From Spirochaetia bacterium (lineage in GTDB: Bacteria > Spirochaetota > Spirochaetia > SZUA-6 > Bin103): 64,000 nucleotides of DNA. The translations under genes were made by a program, and so were the position numbers. Of the stretch, positions 28,947 through 38,624 are shown piece after piece; the stretch's first letter is position 1; each line of letters starts with the position of its first letter. The notes under the pieces are model-generated. The model did no database searches. It saw only the letters and a program-made list of their open reading frames with translations, and was not told the DNA's origin. The DNA lies in assembly GCA_965203515.1 (NCBI GenBank), contig OZ241907.1, forward strand, positions 3,488,001 to 3,552,000, given 5' to 3'.

Positions 28947-30035
28947 CTACTCGGCCGCGATCGGCAGATGGGCGACCACGCCGGCGTGGTCGGACGGCCA
29001 CAGGCCTGAAGGCGTCCGGTCGTCCGCGGTGTCGCCCACGGTCATCGTGCGGATCGCTTCGCCTTCCCGCAGCGTCACGCCCTTGATGAAGATCAGATCG
29101 ATCCGCTTTTCCTCCTTACTCATACTCATCGAATTCTTCAGGTCGTCGGCCTGACAGCAGGTGTAACCGCTGCCATCGGAGTCCGCCTGCCACGCGTCCT
29201 GATACCCGGCGCCGACGATGGCCTGGTATGCGGCGCCGTCCGGAGCCTCGGTGTTGAAGTCCCCCAGCAGGATCACCGGCGAGGTCTTGTCGCTCAGGCT
29301 GGCGATCAGCTCCTGCGCCTGGGCGAGGCGAATCGGGTCCCCGAAATGCTCCAGATGCGTGTTCACGACGTGGTAGGTCACGCCGCTTACGGTGACGTCC
29401 ACGGCCACGTAGCCGCGCGGGACCGAGACGCCGAGATCGTCGACCGGCAGTTCGGCCCGGTACTTGTCGGACTTCGCGTCCGCGCCCGCCGTGACGTCGC
29501 TGCGAACCAGGATCACGTCATGGTCGGTGAGGCGCAGGTCGACGAACGTCGTCGGGGAGGTCGCCATCGGCATCTCGAGATCGAAGGTCTCAACCCTGCC
29601 GGCCTCGCGATAGCTCAATCCTTCGCTCTTGAGCGCCTCCAGCACCACTTTCGAGAAATCGGATACGACCGTCTCGGCGTTGGGCCCTGGGTTCGTGAAC
29701 GAATCCGCGGGGTCTTGCCTGCGAACCAACGAAATCTCCTGCAGCCCGATCACGTGAGGCTGGGCTTCCTTCACGGTCTTGGCGATCGCCGCCGCGCGTT
29801 CGGGGAACTTCGATGCCACGTAGGTCCGGTAGAACTCGGCGACTTTCGGTGGTACCTGCGTCGGATCCTTCGTATTCAGGATCGCCTCCGGGGGCGCTCC
29901 GACGTAGACGTTGTACGTCATCACCGTGAGCGTCGGCGGCTGCGGGCGCCGCCCAAATCCTGCGCACCCGGCCATGGCTGCGAGCATCATCACGCACGAC
30001 AGGCCGATCGCGGCCTTCGCTATCGATCTGGACAT
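28947..30035 (-). CDS. Endonuclease/exonuclease/phosphatase family lipoprotein
   Basis: Lipobox AMAGC, MTYN, GLQE, NTHLE, LGDFN, RIDLIF, SDHAGV. Confidence 0.9.
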   Translation of the reverse strand: MSRSIAKAAIGLSCVMMLAAMAGCAGFGRRPQPPTLTVMTYNVYVGAPPEAILNTKDPTQVPPKVAEFYRTYVASKFPERAAAIAKTVKEAQPHVIGLQEISLVRRQDPADSFTNPGPNAETVVSDFSKVVLEALKSEGLSYREAGRVETFDLEMPMATSPTTFVDLRLTDHDVILVRSDVTAGADAKSDKYRAELPVDDLGVSVPRGYVAVDVTVSGVTYHVVNTHLEHFGDPIRLAQAQELIASLSDKTSPVILLGDFNTEAPDGAAYQAIVGAGYQDAWQADSDGSGYTCCQADDLKNSMSMSKEEKRIDLIFIKGVTLREGEAIRTMTVGDTADDRTPSGLWPSDHAGVVAHLPIAAE

Positions 30036-30116
30036 GGGGTTACCTCCTCACATAGGTCACGTGTCGTTTCAGTCCGGCGATCCGTAGCGTACCCGAAAAT
30101 CCGGGACAGCACGGGG

Positions 30117-33100
30117 TCACGGCGTCAGGGCGGGCACGGGGGCGCGGACGGCGTCCGGCTCTGCCGGCTCGGTGGCCGGCTCGGTGAGCGCGGCGCGCAG
30201 CAGGCGCTTCCGCACCGCCCAGCCGTCTTCCGGGGAGAGGCGTTCGCAGCAGATCACCCGGCCGCCGTCGAGCACGGCGATCGGCCGGCCGGCGCGGTAC
30301 GCGACCCGGTTGCCGGTGCGCGCCGCGAGCTTGGCGCCGGACGGGACGGTCACTCCCAGCGCGTTGGCCGGATCGACGGCGCTCAGCACGGTCACCTCGC
30401 CGGTCGTTTCGGTGCGCCGCACCTCGCGCAGCGCGCCGACCGCCTCCGGCAGGGCGAACTGCTCGCCGCCGACGCCGGACACGAAGTGACCGCCGCGTAT
30501 CTCGCCCCGCGCCTCCAGCCGGCGCAGCGCGCGTACCAGCTCCCGCCACGGCGGCACGCGCGGCTCGCGTTCCGTGAGGCGGCGGAACACTACCCCGTAC
30601 CGCTTCAGGAGCACGCGCGCGGCGGTCTCGCGCGCGGCCTCGTCACTCCCTTCGCCGTCATCATCCGGCCGCGCGGCCGGGCGCGCCAGCGACCAGCGGC
30701 CGGCGGTCTCCAGAGACGACTGCTGCCGGCGATAGACGCCGCCGAACCGGCGCCGGCTGCCGCCGGTCCGGCCGTTGGCCGCCGCCGGCCCGATCAGCGC
30801 GCGCAGCCCGGCGAAGCCGTCGCAGGTCACCAGCCCGGCCGCGACCAGCTCGCCGAGCGCGGCCTCCACCTGCGTGCGGAGCAGCCGGGTGCCGGCCACG
30901 ATGTCATCGAAGAAGGACGCGCCCGCCGCTTGCAGCACGCCCTGCACCGCCCGCGCCGCGGCGGTCGCCGGCGCCGGCGGCGAGCCGGACGCCAACCGCT
31001 GCCACACCGGCCGGCGCTCGCGGCCCAGCAGGGCGATGCGCGTCGCCTTGACCGGCCCGCCGGCGGTGTCGTCAGGGAACCGCGCCCAGAGCAGGCGGCC
31101 CGACAGGCAGAACGCGTCGAGCCAGGCCGGATCGTAGTCGCGCACCCGCGTCGGCAGCACTGCGCTCTCCCACGCCGCCGCCGGCACCTCCACGCCGTCG
31201 AGCACCGCCAACACCTGCGCCAACCCGTCCGCGCCGGCCAAGCGGTGCGCCGACCCCACGTGCTGCCAGCGCATCAGGAAACGCTGGTAGTCGGCCTTGG
31301 AGACCGGCTCGATCTCCCGCCGCAGGCGGTCCAGGGTGTAGCGGTTGATGCGCGCCAGCAGCCGCCGCTCGCACCACTCCTCGCCGCCGCCGGCATCCGG
31401 CCCGCCCCCGGCATCCGGCCCGCCGGTGAAGCGGCCCCGCATCACGAACCCCTCGGTCTCCAGGGCGGCGAGCGCCGCGGCCACCGCCGGCGGCGGCTGC
31501 CCGATGGAGGCGGCCAACTCCTCCCCGGTCACCGGTCCGAGCGCTTCCAGACGGCCGCGCAGCAGCTCGCGCAACGCCTCCTCCGGCTCATAGGCGCGCA
31601 GGTAGCGGTCCGGGACCGCCAGCGCCGGCGTGCGCTCGGCGTCCGGGGAAAGCGCGCGCCACTCCGGCAACCGTTCGGCGGCCACCCACAAGGGGCCGGC
31701 CGGCGAGGTCTGCCGCGCCGCCCGGCCTTCGGCGGCCAGGCGCTCGAACGGCTCGATCCAGCTCCGGGCGCCGTCGCCGCGCCGGCCCTCGGCCTCGGTC
31801 AGGTAGCCGAGCAGCACCAGGGCGTCGTGCAGGTCGTCGGCGTCCTCTACGCGCGGCCACGCCTCGTTGCGCACGCGCGCGATCGCTCCGGGGTCGAGCG
31901 CGCCCAGCTCGCGCGCCTCCTGCGGGTCGAGCCAGCGGCGGTTGCGCACCGCCTGCGTGCGCCGCTCCTCCAGCGGCGCGTCGTCGAGAAAGGCGTACGG
32001 GCGGGCGTTGAGGATCTCCTGCGCGAACGGCGACGGTTCGCGCAGGTCGCGGCAGATCAGCGTCAGGTCGCCGGCGCGCATGGCGGCGAGCAGCCGCTGC
32101 AGCGCGTCGACGTCCATCGCCTCGGTCAGGCAGTCGTCGATCGTCTGCGTCACCAGCGGGTGGTCGGGCACCTCGCGCTCGCCGGCCAGGTTCTCGGCGC
32201 AGGCGAGCTGGTCCGGGAAGACCAGGGCCACCAGGTCCTCCGCCTGCATGCGCTGCAGGTAGGGCGGCACCCGGCGGCCGCCCCGCCAGCGCGGCACCGC
32301 CAGCGCGCGGGAAGCGTTCCAGCGCCAGCGCACGTTGAACATCGGCGCGTCGAGCAGCGCCTGCACCAGCACGTCGCGCACGGAGTTGGGGTGCAGGTAG
32401 TTCCACACCTCCTGCATGCGGAAGCTGTGCGTGGGGCCGAGCGACAGCACGATGGCGTCGTCGGTCGCCGCCGCCTGCAGCTCGAAGTTGAAGGTGCGGC
32501 AGAACCGCTTGCGCAGCGCCAGACCCCAGCCGCGGTTGAGGCGGGTGCCGTGCGGGGAGTGGATCACCAGATGCATGTCCCCGGCCTCGTCGAAGAACCG
32601 CTCCATCACCAGGGTGCGGCAGGTCGGCATGGCGCCCAGCGCGTTCCGGCCGGCCGCAAGGTATTCGGCCGCCTGCTCCGCCGCGCTCGCCGGCACGCCG
32701 GGCAGCGCCGCCAGCCAGGCGGCCGCCGCCGGCGCCGCCGGGCGGCCGTTCCGCTCCGCGTCCCGGATCGCCGCCTCCGCCCCTTCGCGCAACGCCGACA
32801 CCGCGCTCGACAGCTCCGGCGTGCGGCCCGGCGCCTCGCCGAGCCAGAAGGGGATGGTAGGCCGCTGGTCGCCCGCATGCGCCACCCGCACGGTGCTGCC
32901 GGACACCTGCAGGATGCGCCAGGAGGTGTTGCCGAGCTGGAAGATGTCGCCGGCCATGCTCTCGATGGCGAAGTCCTCATGGATGGTGCCGACCACGGTC
33001 TCGTCCGGCTCGGCGCGCACCTCGTAGTCGAAGGTGTCGGGGATGGCGCCGCCGCCGGTCAGCGCCACCAGACGGGCGCCGCGGCGCGCCCGCAGCCGGC

Positions 33101-34571
33101 CGTTGACCGCGTCGAGGTGCAGGTAGGCGCCGCGCCGTCCGCGGCGGGTGGTGAAGCCCTCGGCCAGCATCCGCACCACCTCGTCGAACCGTTCTCGCGG
33201 CAGGCCCCGGTACGGGTACGCCCGGTGCACGACCCCGTACAACTCATCGGCCGACCATTCGCGCGCCGCGCACTCGGCGACGATCTGCTGCGCCAGGATG
33301 TCGAGCGGCCGGTCCGGGATCGGAATCTCGTCCAGATCGCCCCGCGCGGCGGCCGCCAGCAGCGCGCACCCCTCCACCAGGTCGTCGCGGCTGAGCGGGA
33401 ACAGGCGGCCCTTGGGCGTGGCGCCGACCGCGTGCCCGGAGCGGCCGACGCGCTGCAGAAAGGCCATGATCGACCGCGGCGAGCCGAGCTGGCACACCAG
33501 ATCGACGGCGCCGATGTCGATGCCCAGCTCCAGCGACGCGGTGGCGACCAGCGCGCGCAACGAGCCCTCCTTGAGGCGCCGCTCGGCGTCCAGGCGCGTC
33601 TCCTTGGAGAGGCTGCCGTGGTGGGCGGCTACGGCGTCCGGTCCCAGGCGCTCGCTCAGCTCGTGCGCGGCGCGTTCGGCCATGCGCCGGGTGTTGACGA
33701 AGATCAGCGTGGTGCGGTGCCGGTCGATCAGCTCGCACAGGCGGGCGTAGATCTCCTCCCACACCTCATTGGACATCACCGCGGCCAGGGGCGAGCCCGG
33801 CAGCTCCAGCGCGGCGTCCATGCGGCGGCGGTGGCCGGCGTCGACGATCGCGCACGGTTCGCCGGACGGCACCAGATACTCGGCGACCCGTTCGATCGGC
33901 TTCTGCGTCGCCGACAGGCCGATGCGGCGCGGCGGGGCGTCGGTCAGCGCCTGCAGCCGCTCCAGGCTGAGGGCGAGGTGGGAGCCGCGCTTGGAGCCGA
34001 CCACGGCGTGGATCTCGTCGACGATCACGGTCCGCACCGAAGCGAGCATGCGCCGGCCGCCGTCGGCGGTGAGCAGCAGGTAGAGCGACTCCGGCGTGGT
34101 CACCAGGATGTGGGGAGGCCGGCGCGTCATCGCCGTGCGCGCGCCGGCGGGGGTGTCGCCGGTGCGTACCAGCGAGCGGATCGGCGGAAGCCCGTCCGGG
34201 CTCGATCCGTCGGGGCTCGATCCGTCCGGGTGGAGGCGGCCGTGGATGCCGGCCAGCGGCTGCTCCAGGTTGCGGTGGATGTCGTTGCTGAGCGCCTTCA
34301 GGGGGGAGACGTACAGGACGGAGGTCGCCTCGCTCAGGGCGCCGTCGGCCGATCGCCGCACCAGGCCGTCGATCGCGGACAGGAACGCGGCGAGCGTCTT
34401 GCCGGAACCGGTGGGAGCGGCGATCAGGGTGTGCCGGCCGCCGGCGATCTGCGCCCAGGCGCGCTCCTGTATCTCGGTGGGAGCGGCGAAGGCGCCGCGA
34501 AACCAGCCGGCGACCGCCGGATGGAATCGCTGCAGCGGGTCGGCGGGGAGGGTGGGGCGGGCGCCGGTCAT
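30117..34571 (-). CDS. lhr: Lhr family ATP-dependent DEAD/H helicase (long form)
   Basis: APTGSGKT, SPLKALSND, TTPESL, DEIH, GLSAT, SLELGID, QRVGRSGH; C-terminal LEARGEIRGG.FV.G..GEQFA. Confidence 0.93.
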   Translation of the reverse strand: MTGARPTLPADPLQRFHPAVAGWFRGAFAAPTEIQERAWAQIAGGRHTLIAAPTGSGKTLAAFLSAIDGLVRRSADGALSEATSVLYVSPLKALSNDIHRNLEQPLAGIHGRLHPDGSSPDGSSPDGLPPIRSLVRTGDTPAGARTAMTRRPPHILVTTPESLYLLLTADGGRRMLASVRTVIVDEIHAVVGSKRGSHLALSLERLQALTDAPPRRIGLSATQKPIERVAEYLVPSGEPCAIVDAGHRRRMDAALELPGSPLAAVMSNEVWEEIYARLCELIDRHRTTLIFVNTRRMAERAAHELSERLGPDAVAAHHGSLSKETRLDAERRLKEGSLRALVATASLELGIDIGAVDLVCQLGSPRSIMAFLQRVGRSGHAVGATPKGRLFPLSRDDLVEGCALLAAAARGDLDEIPIPDRPLDILAQQIVAECAAREWSADELYGVVHRAYPYRGLPRERFDEVVRMLAEGFTTRRGRRGAYLHLDAVNGRLRARRGARLVALTGGGAIPDTFDYEVRAEPDETVVGTIHEDFAIESMAGDIFQLGNTSWRILQVSGSTVRVAHAGDQRPTIPFWLGEAPGRTPELSSAVSALREGAEAAIRDAERNGRPAAPAAAAWLAALPGVPASAAEQAAEYLAAGRNALGAMPTCRTLVMERFFDEAGDMHLVIHSPHGTRLNRGWGLALRKRFCRTFNFELQAAATDDAIVLSLGPTHSFRMQEVWNYLHPNSVRDVLVQALLDAPMFNVRWRWNASRALAVPRWRGGRRVPPYLQRMQAEDLVALVFPDQLACAENLAGEREVPDHPLVTQTIDDCLTEAMDVDALQRLLAAMRAGDLTLICRDLREPSPFAQEILNARPYAFLDDAPLEERRTQAVRNRRWLDPQEARELGALDPGAIARVRNEAWPRVEDADDLHDALVLLGYLTEAEGRRGDGARSWIEPFERLAAEGRAARQTSPAGPLWVAAERLPEWRALSPDAERTPALAVPDRYLRAYEPEEALRELLRGRLEALGPVTGEELAASIGQPPPAVAAALAALETEGFVMRGRFTGGPDAGGGPDAGGGEEWCERRLLARINRYTLDRLRREIEPVSKADYQRFLMRWQHVGSAHRLAGADGLAQVLAVLDGVEVPAAAWESAVLPTRVRDYDPAWLDAFCLSGRLLWARFPDDTAGGPVKATRIALLGRERRPVWQRLASGSPPAPATAAARAVQGVLQAAGASFFDDIVAGTRLLRTQVEAALGELVAAGLVTCDGFAGLRALIGPAAANGRTGGSRRRFGGVYRRQQSSLETAGRWSLARPAARPDDDGEGSDEAARETAARVLLKRYGVVFRRLTEREPRVPPWRELVRALRRLEARGEIRGGHFVSGVGGEQFALPEAVGALREVRRTETTGEVTVLSAVDPANALGVTVPSGAKLAARTGNRVAYRAGRPIAVLDGGRVICCERLSPEDGWAVRKRLLRAALTEPATEPAEPDAVRAPVPALTP

Positions 34572-34614
34572 AGGATCAGGGGCCGCGGACCGGCCGTCAA
34601 ACGTCGACGGCAGC

Positions 34615-34944
34615 CTAGGCGGCCGGGGCCGGCGCATCGGCGGGCGCGACCGGGCGCACCGGCGCCAGCACCGGCGCGAGCGCGTCGAGCCGGCCTTCGA
34701 TGCGGGCGACGCGCTCACCCAGGGCGTGCAGGTCGCGCCGCACGTCCGCCACCTCGCCGCGCAACGTCCTCACCTCGTCGCGCAGGTCCGCCACGTTGCC
34801 GCGCAGGTCCGCCATGCTGCCGCGCAGGTCCGCCATGCTGCCGCGCATGTCCCCCATGCTGCCGCGCATCGATAGCAGCAGCGGCACCAGCGCCGCCAGC
34901 AGCGCCGCCCCGACGGCGACGATCGCGATCGCCTCCGTGCTCAT
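34615..34944 (-). CDS. Small membrane-anchored coiled-coil protein
   Basis: N-terminal TM helix, heptads (M/L)RGSMAD, then LGERVARIEG. Confidence 0.75.
   Translation of the reverse strand: MSTEAIAIVAVGAALLAALVPLLLSMRGSMGDMRGSMADLRGSMADLRGNVADLRDEVRTLRGEVADVRRDLHALGERVARIEGRLDALAPVLAPVRPVAPADAPAPAA
34780..34869 (-). repeat. 21-bp coding tandem repeat (4+ heptads)
   Basis: GCGCAGGTCCGCCATGCTGCC-like units at 34780, 34801, 34822 and 34843. Confidence 0.9.
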
Positions 34945-34982
34945 GTTGTCACGGTACCGCGCACCGGCACCGGGCGCAACCG

Positions 34983-35716
34983 TCAGTCGTAGCGGATGCG
35001 GGGATCGAGCGCGGCCAGGGCGATGTCGGCCAGCAGGTTCCCGATCAGGAGAAAGATCGCGTAGAACTGCAGGATGCTGGCCGCCATGAAGATGTCCTCG
35101 CCCAGCACCGCTTCCAGGAGGAGCGGACCGGCGGTCGGCAGGTTGAGGACGATCGAGGTGATCGCTTCGCTCGACAGCAGGGTCGGCAGGGTCATGCCAA
35201 GGCTGCTGACGAACGGGTTGAAGGCGATCCGTACCGCATGGCGCCGGATGACGATCCGCTCCTTCATGCCCTTCGATCGCGCGGTGGTGACGTACGGCTC
35301 GCCCAGAACGTCGAGCAGGTTGCCGCGCATCACGCGGATGGTGCCGGCGGTCCCGGCCGTGCCGATCACCAGGATCGGAATCCACAGATTCTTGATGAAG
35401 TCGAGCGCCTTCATGACGCTCCACGGAGCGTTCTGATACGCCGGCGAGAACAGGCTCCCCACCGGCATCCCGAAGCCGAACAGCGCGATCACCATGAGCG
35501 CCAGGGCCAGGAAGAAGTTGGGGATCGACAGGCCCACGAACCCGAAGAACGTGGCGATGTAGTCGCCGGGAGTGTTCTTGTGGATCGCCACGTAGATGCC
35601 GATCGGTATGCCGATACCCCAGATGAAGATCAGGGAGGCGATGGAGATCGTGAAGCTCAGCGCCAGCCGGCTGCCCAGCAACTCGGCGACCGGCCGTTCG
35701 TAGATGAACGACACGC
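34983..35716 (-). pseudogene. 5'-truncated peptide ABC permease (OppB/DppB-like)
   Basis: Begins mid-protein at VSFIYERPVAEL; SIPNFF, YVTTARSKG, NLLADI..LDPRIR present; first TM region and partner opp genes absent. Confidence 0.82.
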
Positions 35717-35724
35717 GCCGCAGC

Positions 35725-35850
35725 GGCATACGGCACGACGTGATCGATCTGCAGCAGATGTTGGGAGTCGCAGCGGCGCCCGCTGGTGCGGTCCACGTAG
35801 CTGCAGCGGCCCCGGTCGCGCCGCCAGACCGCGCGCTTGACCGCCGCCGG
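35725..35850 (-). repeat. 126-bp orphan copy of the HNH-domain segment at 56439-56564
   Basis: Reverse complement aligns by eye without gaps with 4 mismatches; encodes PAAVKRAVWRRDRGRCSYVDRTSGRRCDSQHLLQIDHVVPYA. Confidence 0.93.
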
Positions 35851-35889
35851 CCGGGCCGGCGGCGTGCCGCTCCCGGCGCGGAGACCGGC

Positions 35890-37527
35890 CTACTCCCTGG
35901 CGATCGGCAAGGACGGACGCGCGACCGACGCCACTCCGGCAGCCGGCCCCGCCGGCGCCTGATCGGCTCTCTGAACCAGAAGCTGCTTGCCCGCCAGGGT
36001 TTGGCGCGCCCAATGCAGGTTCTGGTATTGATCGTTGCCGCTCTCCACCAGATTGGCCCTGCCGGTCGCGCGGGTATTGCCAGCGCCGGTGGGCGGCCTC
36101 GAAAAGGATACCCTCGGGGCAGACGTATAGCCGCTCCCGCCGTCGGTGACCCTCACTGACGTAACCCAGGATTGAATCACCGCGGTGCCGGCGGCCGTGG
36201 TGCCGCCGCTTGGCGCCGCCGAAAAGGTCACGGTCGGGGCCCCCGAGGTATAGCCGCTCCCTCCGTCCGTGATCGTCACCGACGCTACGCCGTAGCGCAT
36301 TTCCACGGTACCGGTTGCCGCGGTGCCGTCGTGCGGCGCTTGAAACCATATGGTTGGGGTGGCGGTGTAACCACTCCCCGGGTTGTCGATCGTCACCGAC
36401 GCTACGCCGCTTTGCACCACCGCGGTGCCTCGTGCCGTCTGAGATTGGATCGGCGCGGCCGAAAACGCTATGAGTGGGACACCAGTGTAGCCGCTCCCGC
36501 GGGTCGTCATCGTCACGTCCACTACTCTGCCGTTTTGCAGTATCGCGGTGGCGGCCGCGCCGCTGCCCCCTCCGCCAACAAACGACACGGAAGGGGCGGA
36601 CGTGTAGCCGCTCCCGGAGTTCGTGATCGTGATTGACTTTACGCCGGTTTGCAGCACCGCCCTGCCTTGCGCGCCGGTGTTCCCGTATGGCAGGATGGCC
36701 CACGCCGCTGGTTGCGGAAAATGCACCGCAGGGGCGTCAACGACAAGCTGGCCCGGGTTGCCGGGCGAGGGCCACCTGTAGCCGCTCCCGGGGTTCGTAA
36801 CTGTAAAGGAATGGACTGTGCCTTTCCCCACCGCGGCGCCGGTCGCCGTGGTGCCCGACGGCGGTGGCCCTAACGTCACGGTGGGAACCGCCGTGTAGCC
36901 ACTCCCCTCGGTCGTAATCGTCACCGAATCGACGCTGGAGCCCTTTACCGCGGTGCCGTATGCCCTGGTGCCGCGGCCCCCCGGCGGTCCCGCAAAGCTC
37001 ACGGTCGGGTCCGCCGCGTAGCCGCTCCCCGGGCTCGTGATCGTTACCGACTCAACCGTGTCGCCGACGACCACCTGATCCGGGGCGGTGAGCACCAGCG
37101 CCACTGCGCCTGCCCGGACCTCGGCGGCAACCGACCACTCCGCGCCGGTGAGGTCGTTCTCGAAGACCGGCGCGGTCGCCTTGCTCGTGAACGGCAGCTC
37201 GTGGCCGCCGATCGACACGGTCACCTTCTCGCCCTCGGCGCCGGTGATCCCGTCCCAGGCAAACGGCGCGGAACGGCTGGACACGGCGCCCGTCAGGTCC
37301 GTTTCATCGTCACCAAAGTCAGCCGCGCCGATCGTCCAGTTCTTCTCTGCCGGCGCTGCCGGCGGCGGAGCCGGGGCGGTCGGTGTCCCGTCGCCGCCGC
37401 CGGTCCCTCCGTTTCCTGCGCCCGCACCGCCGGGGCCGGTAGTTGCCGGCGGCCGTGCCGCTTGCGGGCACGCCAGCAGGACGATGCCGGCGACCATCAA
37501 CAGCGATACCAGCGATGCTCTACCCAA
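35890..37527 (-). CDS. Surface lipoprotein with eight GSGY beta-rich repeats
   Basis: GGAGGAG RBS, TTG start, signal ending VLLA-C, Pro/Gly linker, 8 repeats of V.SVT(I/V)T..GSGY...P.V.F. Confidence 0.75.
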   Translation of the reverse strand: MGRASLVSLLMVAGIVLLACPQAARPPATTGPGGAGAGNGGTGGGDGTPTAPAPPPAAPAEKNWTIGAADFGDDETDLTGAVSSRSAPFAWDGITGAEGEKVTVSIGGHELPFTSKATAPVFENDLTGAEWSVAAEVRAGAVALVLTAPDQVVVGDTVESVTITSPGSGYAADPTVSFAGPPGGRGTRAYGTAVKGSSVDSVTITTEGSGYTAVPTVTLGPPPSGTTATGAAVGKGTVHSFTVTNPGSGYRWPSPGNPGQLVVDAPAVHFPQPAAWAILPYGNTGAQGRAVLQTGVKSITITNSGSGYTSAPSVSFVGGGGSGAAATAILQNGRVVDVTMTTRGSGYTGVPLIAFSAAPIQSQTARGTAVVQSGVASVTIDNPGSGYTATPTIWFQAPHDGTAATGTVEMRYGVASVTITDGGSGYTSGAPTVTFSAAPSGGTTAAGTAVIQSWVTSVRVTDGGSGYTSAPRVSFSRPPTGAGNTRATGRANLVESGNDQYQNLHWARQTLAGKQLLVQRADQAPAGPAAGVASVARPSLPIARE

Positions 37528-37678
37528 AGCTTCTCCTCCGTGGCGTGTCCGCCGTCGATCGCGCCGGCCGCTGCCGGCGGTTCGCCGACGTGCCGGGCCG
37601 CGGGCATGGTAGCACGCGCTCCCCAACGCTGACCGGTAGCGGTGATGGGCGGCGCACGGCAGCGCGGCCTGACCTGAC

Positions 37679-38542
37679 CTAACGATCCCAGGTCCGCTTG
37701 CGGGGATCGCTCACTTCGACCGCCAGCTCCGGTCCCATGCCCTCGATCGACATGCGCACCCGGTCGCCGTCCTGGATCGGCGACAGCGCGTAGTGGTGGG
37801 TGCCGGTGGAGACGACGTCGCCGGGCTCCAGGGCGACGACCGCGGTCACCTCGGCCAGCAGCTCCGGCACGTGGCGGGCCATCTCGCCGGTGTTGACGTC
37901 GTGCTTGAGGGTGTCGTTCACCCACAGCCGCATGGCGAGCGCGTTGGGATCGGGCACCTCGTCGGCGGTCACCAGCACCGGCCCCATGGGGCCGAAGGTG
38001 TGCCAGCTCTTGCCCAGGAAGAAGCCGCCGGGCAGGTCGCGCGCCGACACGTCCATGAATTGGGTGTAGCCGAAGATCGTGCCCAGGGCCTCCTCCGGGG
38101 CCAGCTTGGCGGCCGGTTTGCCCATGACCAGCGCGAATTCCGGCTCGAAGTGGAACACGGAGGCGTCCGCCTCGGGCAGCTCGACGGTATCGCCGGTGGC
38201 GATGACCGAGGTCGGCGACTTGAGGAACGCGTTGAAGGTCTCCTTTGCCGGGTGGGCCGGCTCGATGTAGTTGCCGGCCAGGCAGACGAGCTGTCCCGGG
38301 CGCGGCACCGGCGGGCGCAGGCGGACCTGGTCGACCGGCCGCGCGGGGCCGGAGGCGGCGGCCGACGCGATCGCGCCGCGGCGGTCGTTCCACCCCTCGA
38401 TGACCTGCCTGAGCAGTCCCTGGGCGGTATGCAGTCCCTGGGCGGTATGGTGGTGCAGATCGGCGACGGCGCCTGAGACGTCGACGACGCCGTCGTCGCG
38501 CAGCACGCCGAGTCGGTAGTCGTCGAAGAAGACGAGCTTCAC
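37679..38542 (-). CDS. Fumarylacetoacetate hydrolase family protein
   Basis: CLAGNY, FLKSP, FEPE, DVSARD, GKSWHTF.P.GP, LEPGDVVSTGT. Confidence 0.9.
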   Translation of the reverse strand: MKLVFFDDYRLGVLRDDGVVDVSGAVADLHHHTAQGLHTAQGLLRQVIEGWNDRRGAIASAAASGPARPVDQVRLRPPVPRPGQLVCLAGNYIEPAHPAKETFNAFLKSPTSVIATGDTVELPEADASVFHFEPEFALVMGKPAAKLAPEEALGTIFGYTQFMDVSARDLPGGFFLGKSWHTFGPMGPVLVTADEVPDPNALAMRLWVNDTLKHDVNTGEMARHVPELLAEVTAVVALEPGDVVSTGTHHYALSPIQDGDRVRMSIEGMGPELAVEVSDPRKRTWDR

Positions 38543-38624
38543 GTGGTTGCCTCCGTTTCGGGGGTATCGGATCGACGGCCCGCAGGTTGGGGCCGGAGCG
38601 GCCCCATAGTACCATGCGCGCCCG

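Noticed and set aside
34780..34869. Possible CRISPR or non-coding repeat
   Set aside because: Head-to-tail 21-bp units with no spacers that encode coiled-coil heptads.
29346..35840. 2164-aa plus-strand ORF
   Set aside because: Antisense shadow of lhr and its neighbours. It is Arg/Ala/Gly-rich with no motifs, as expected from stop-codon scarcity at high GC. The same applies to most long overlapping ORFs in the track.
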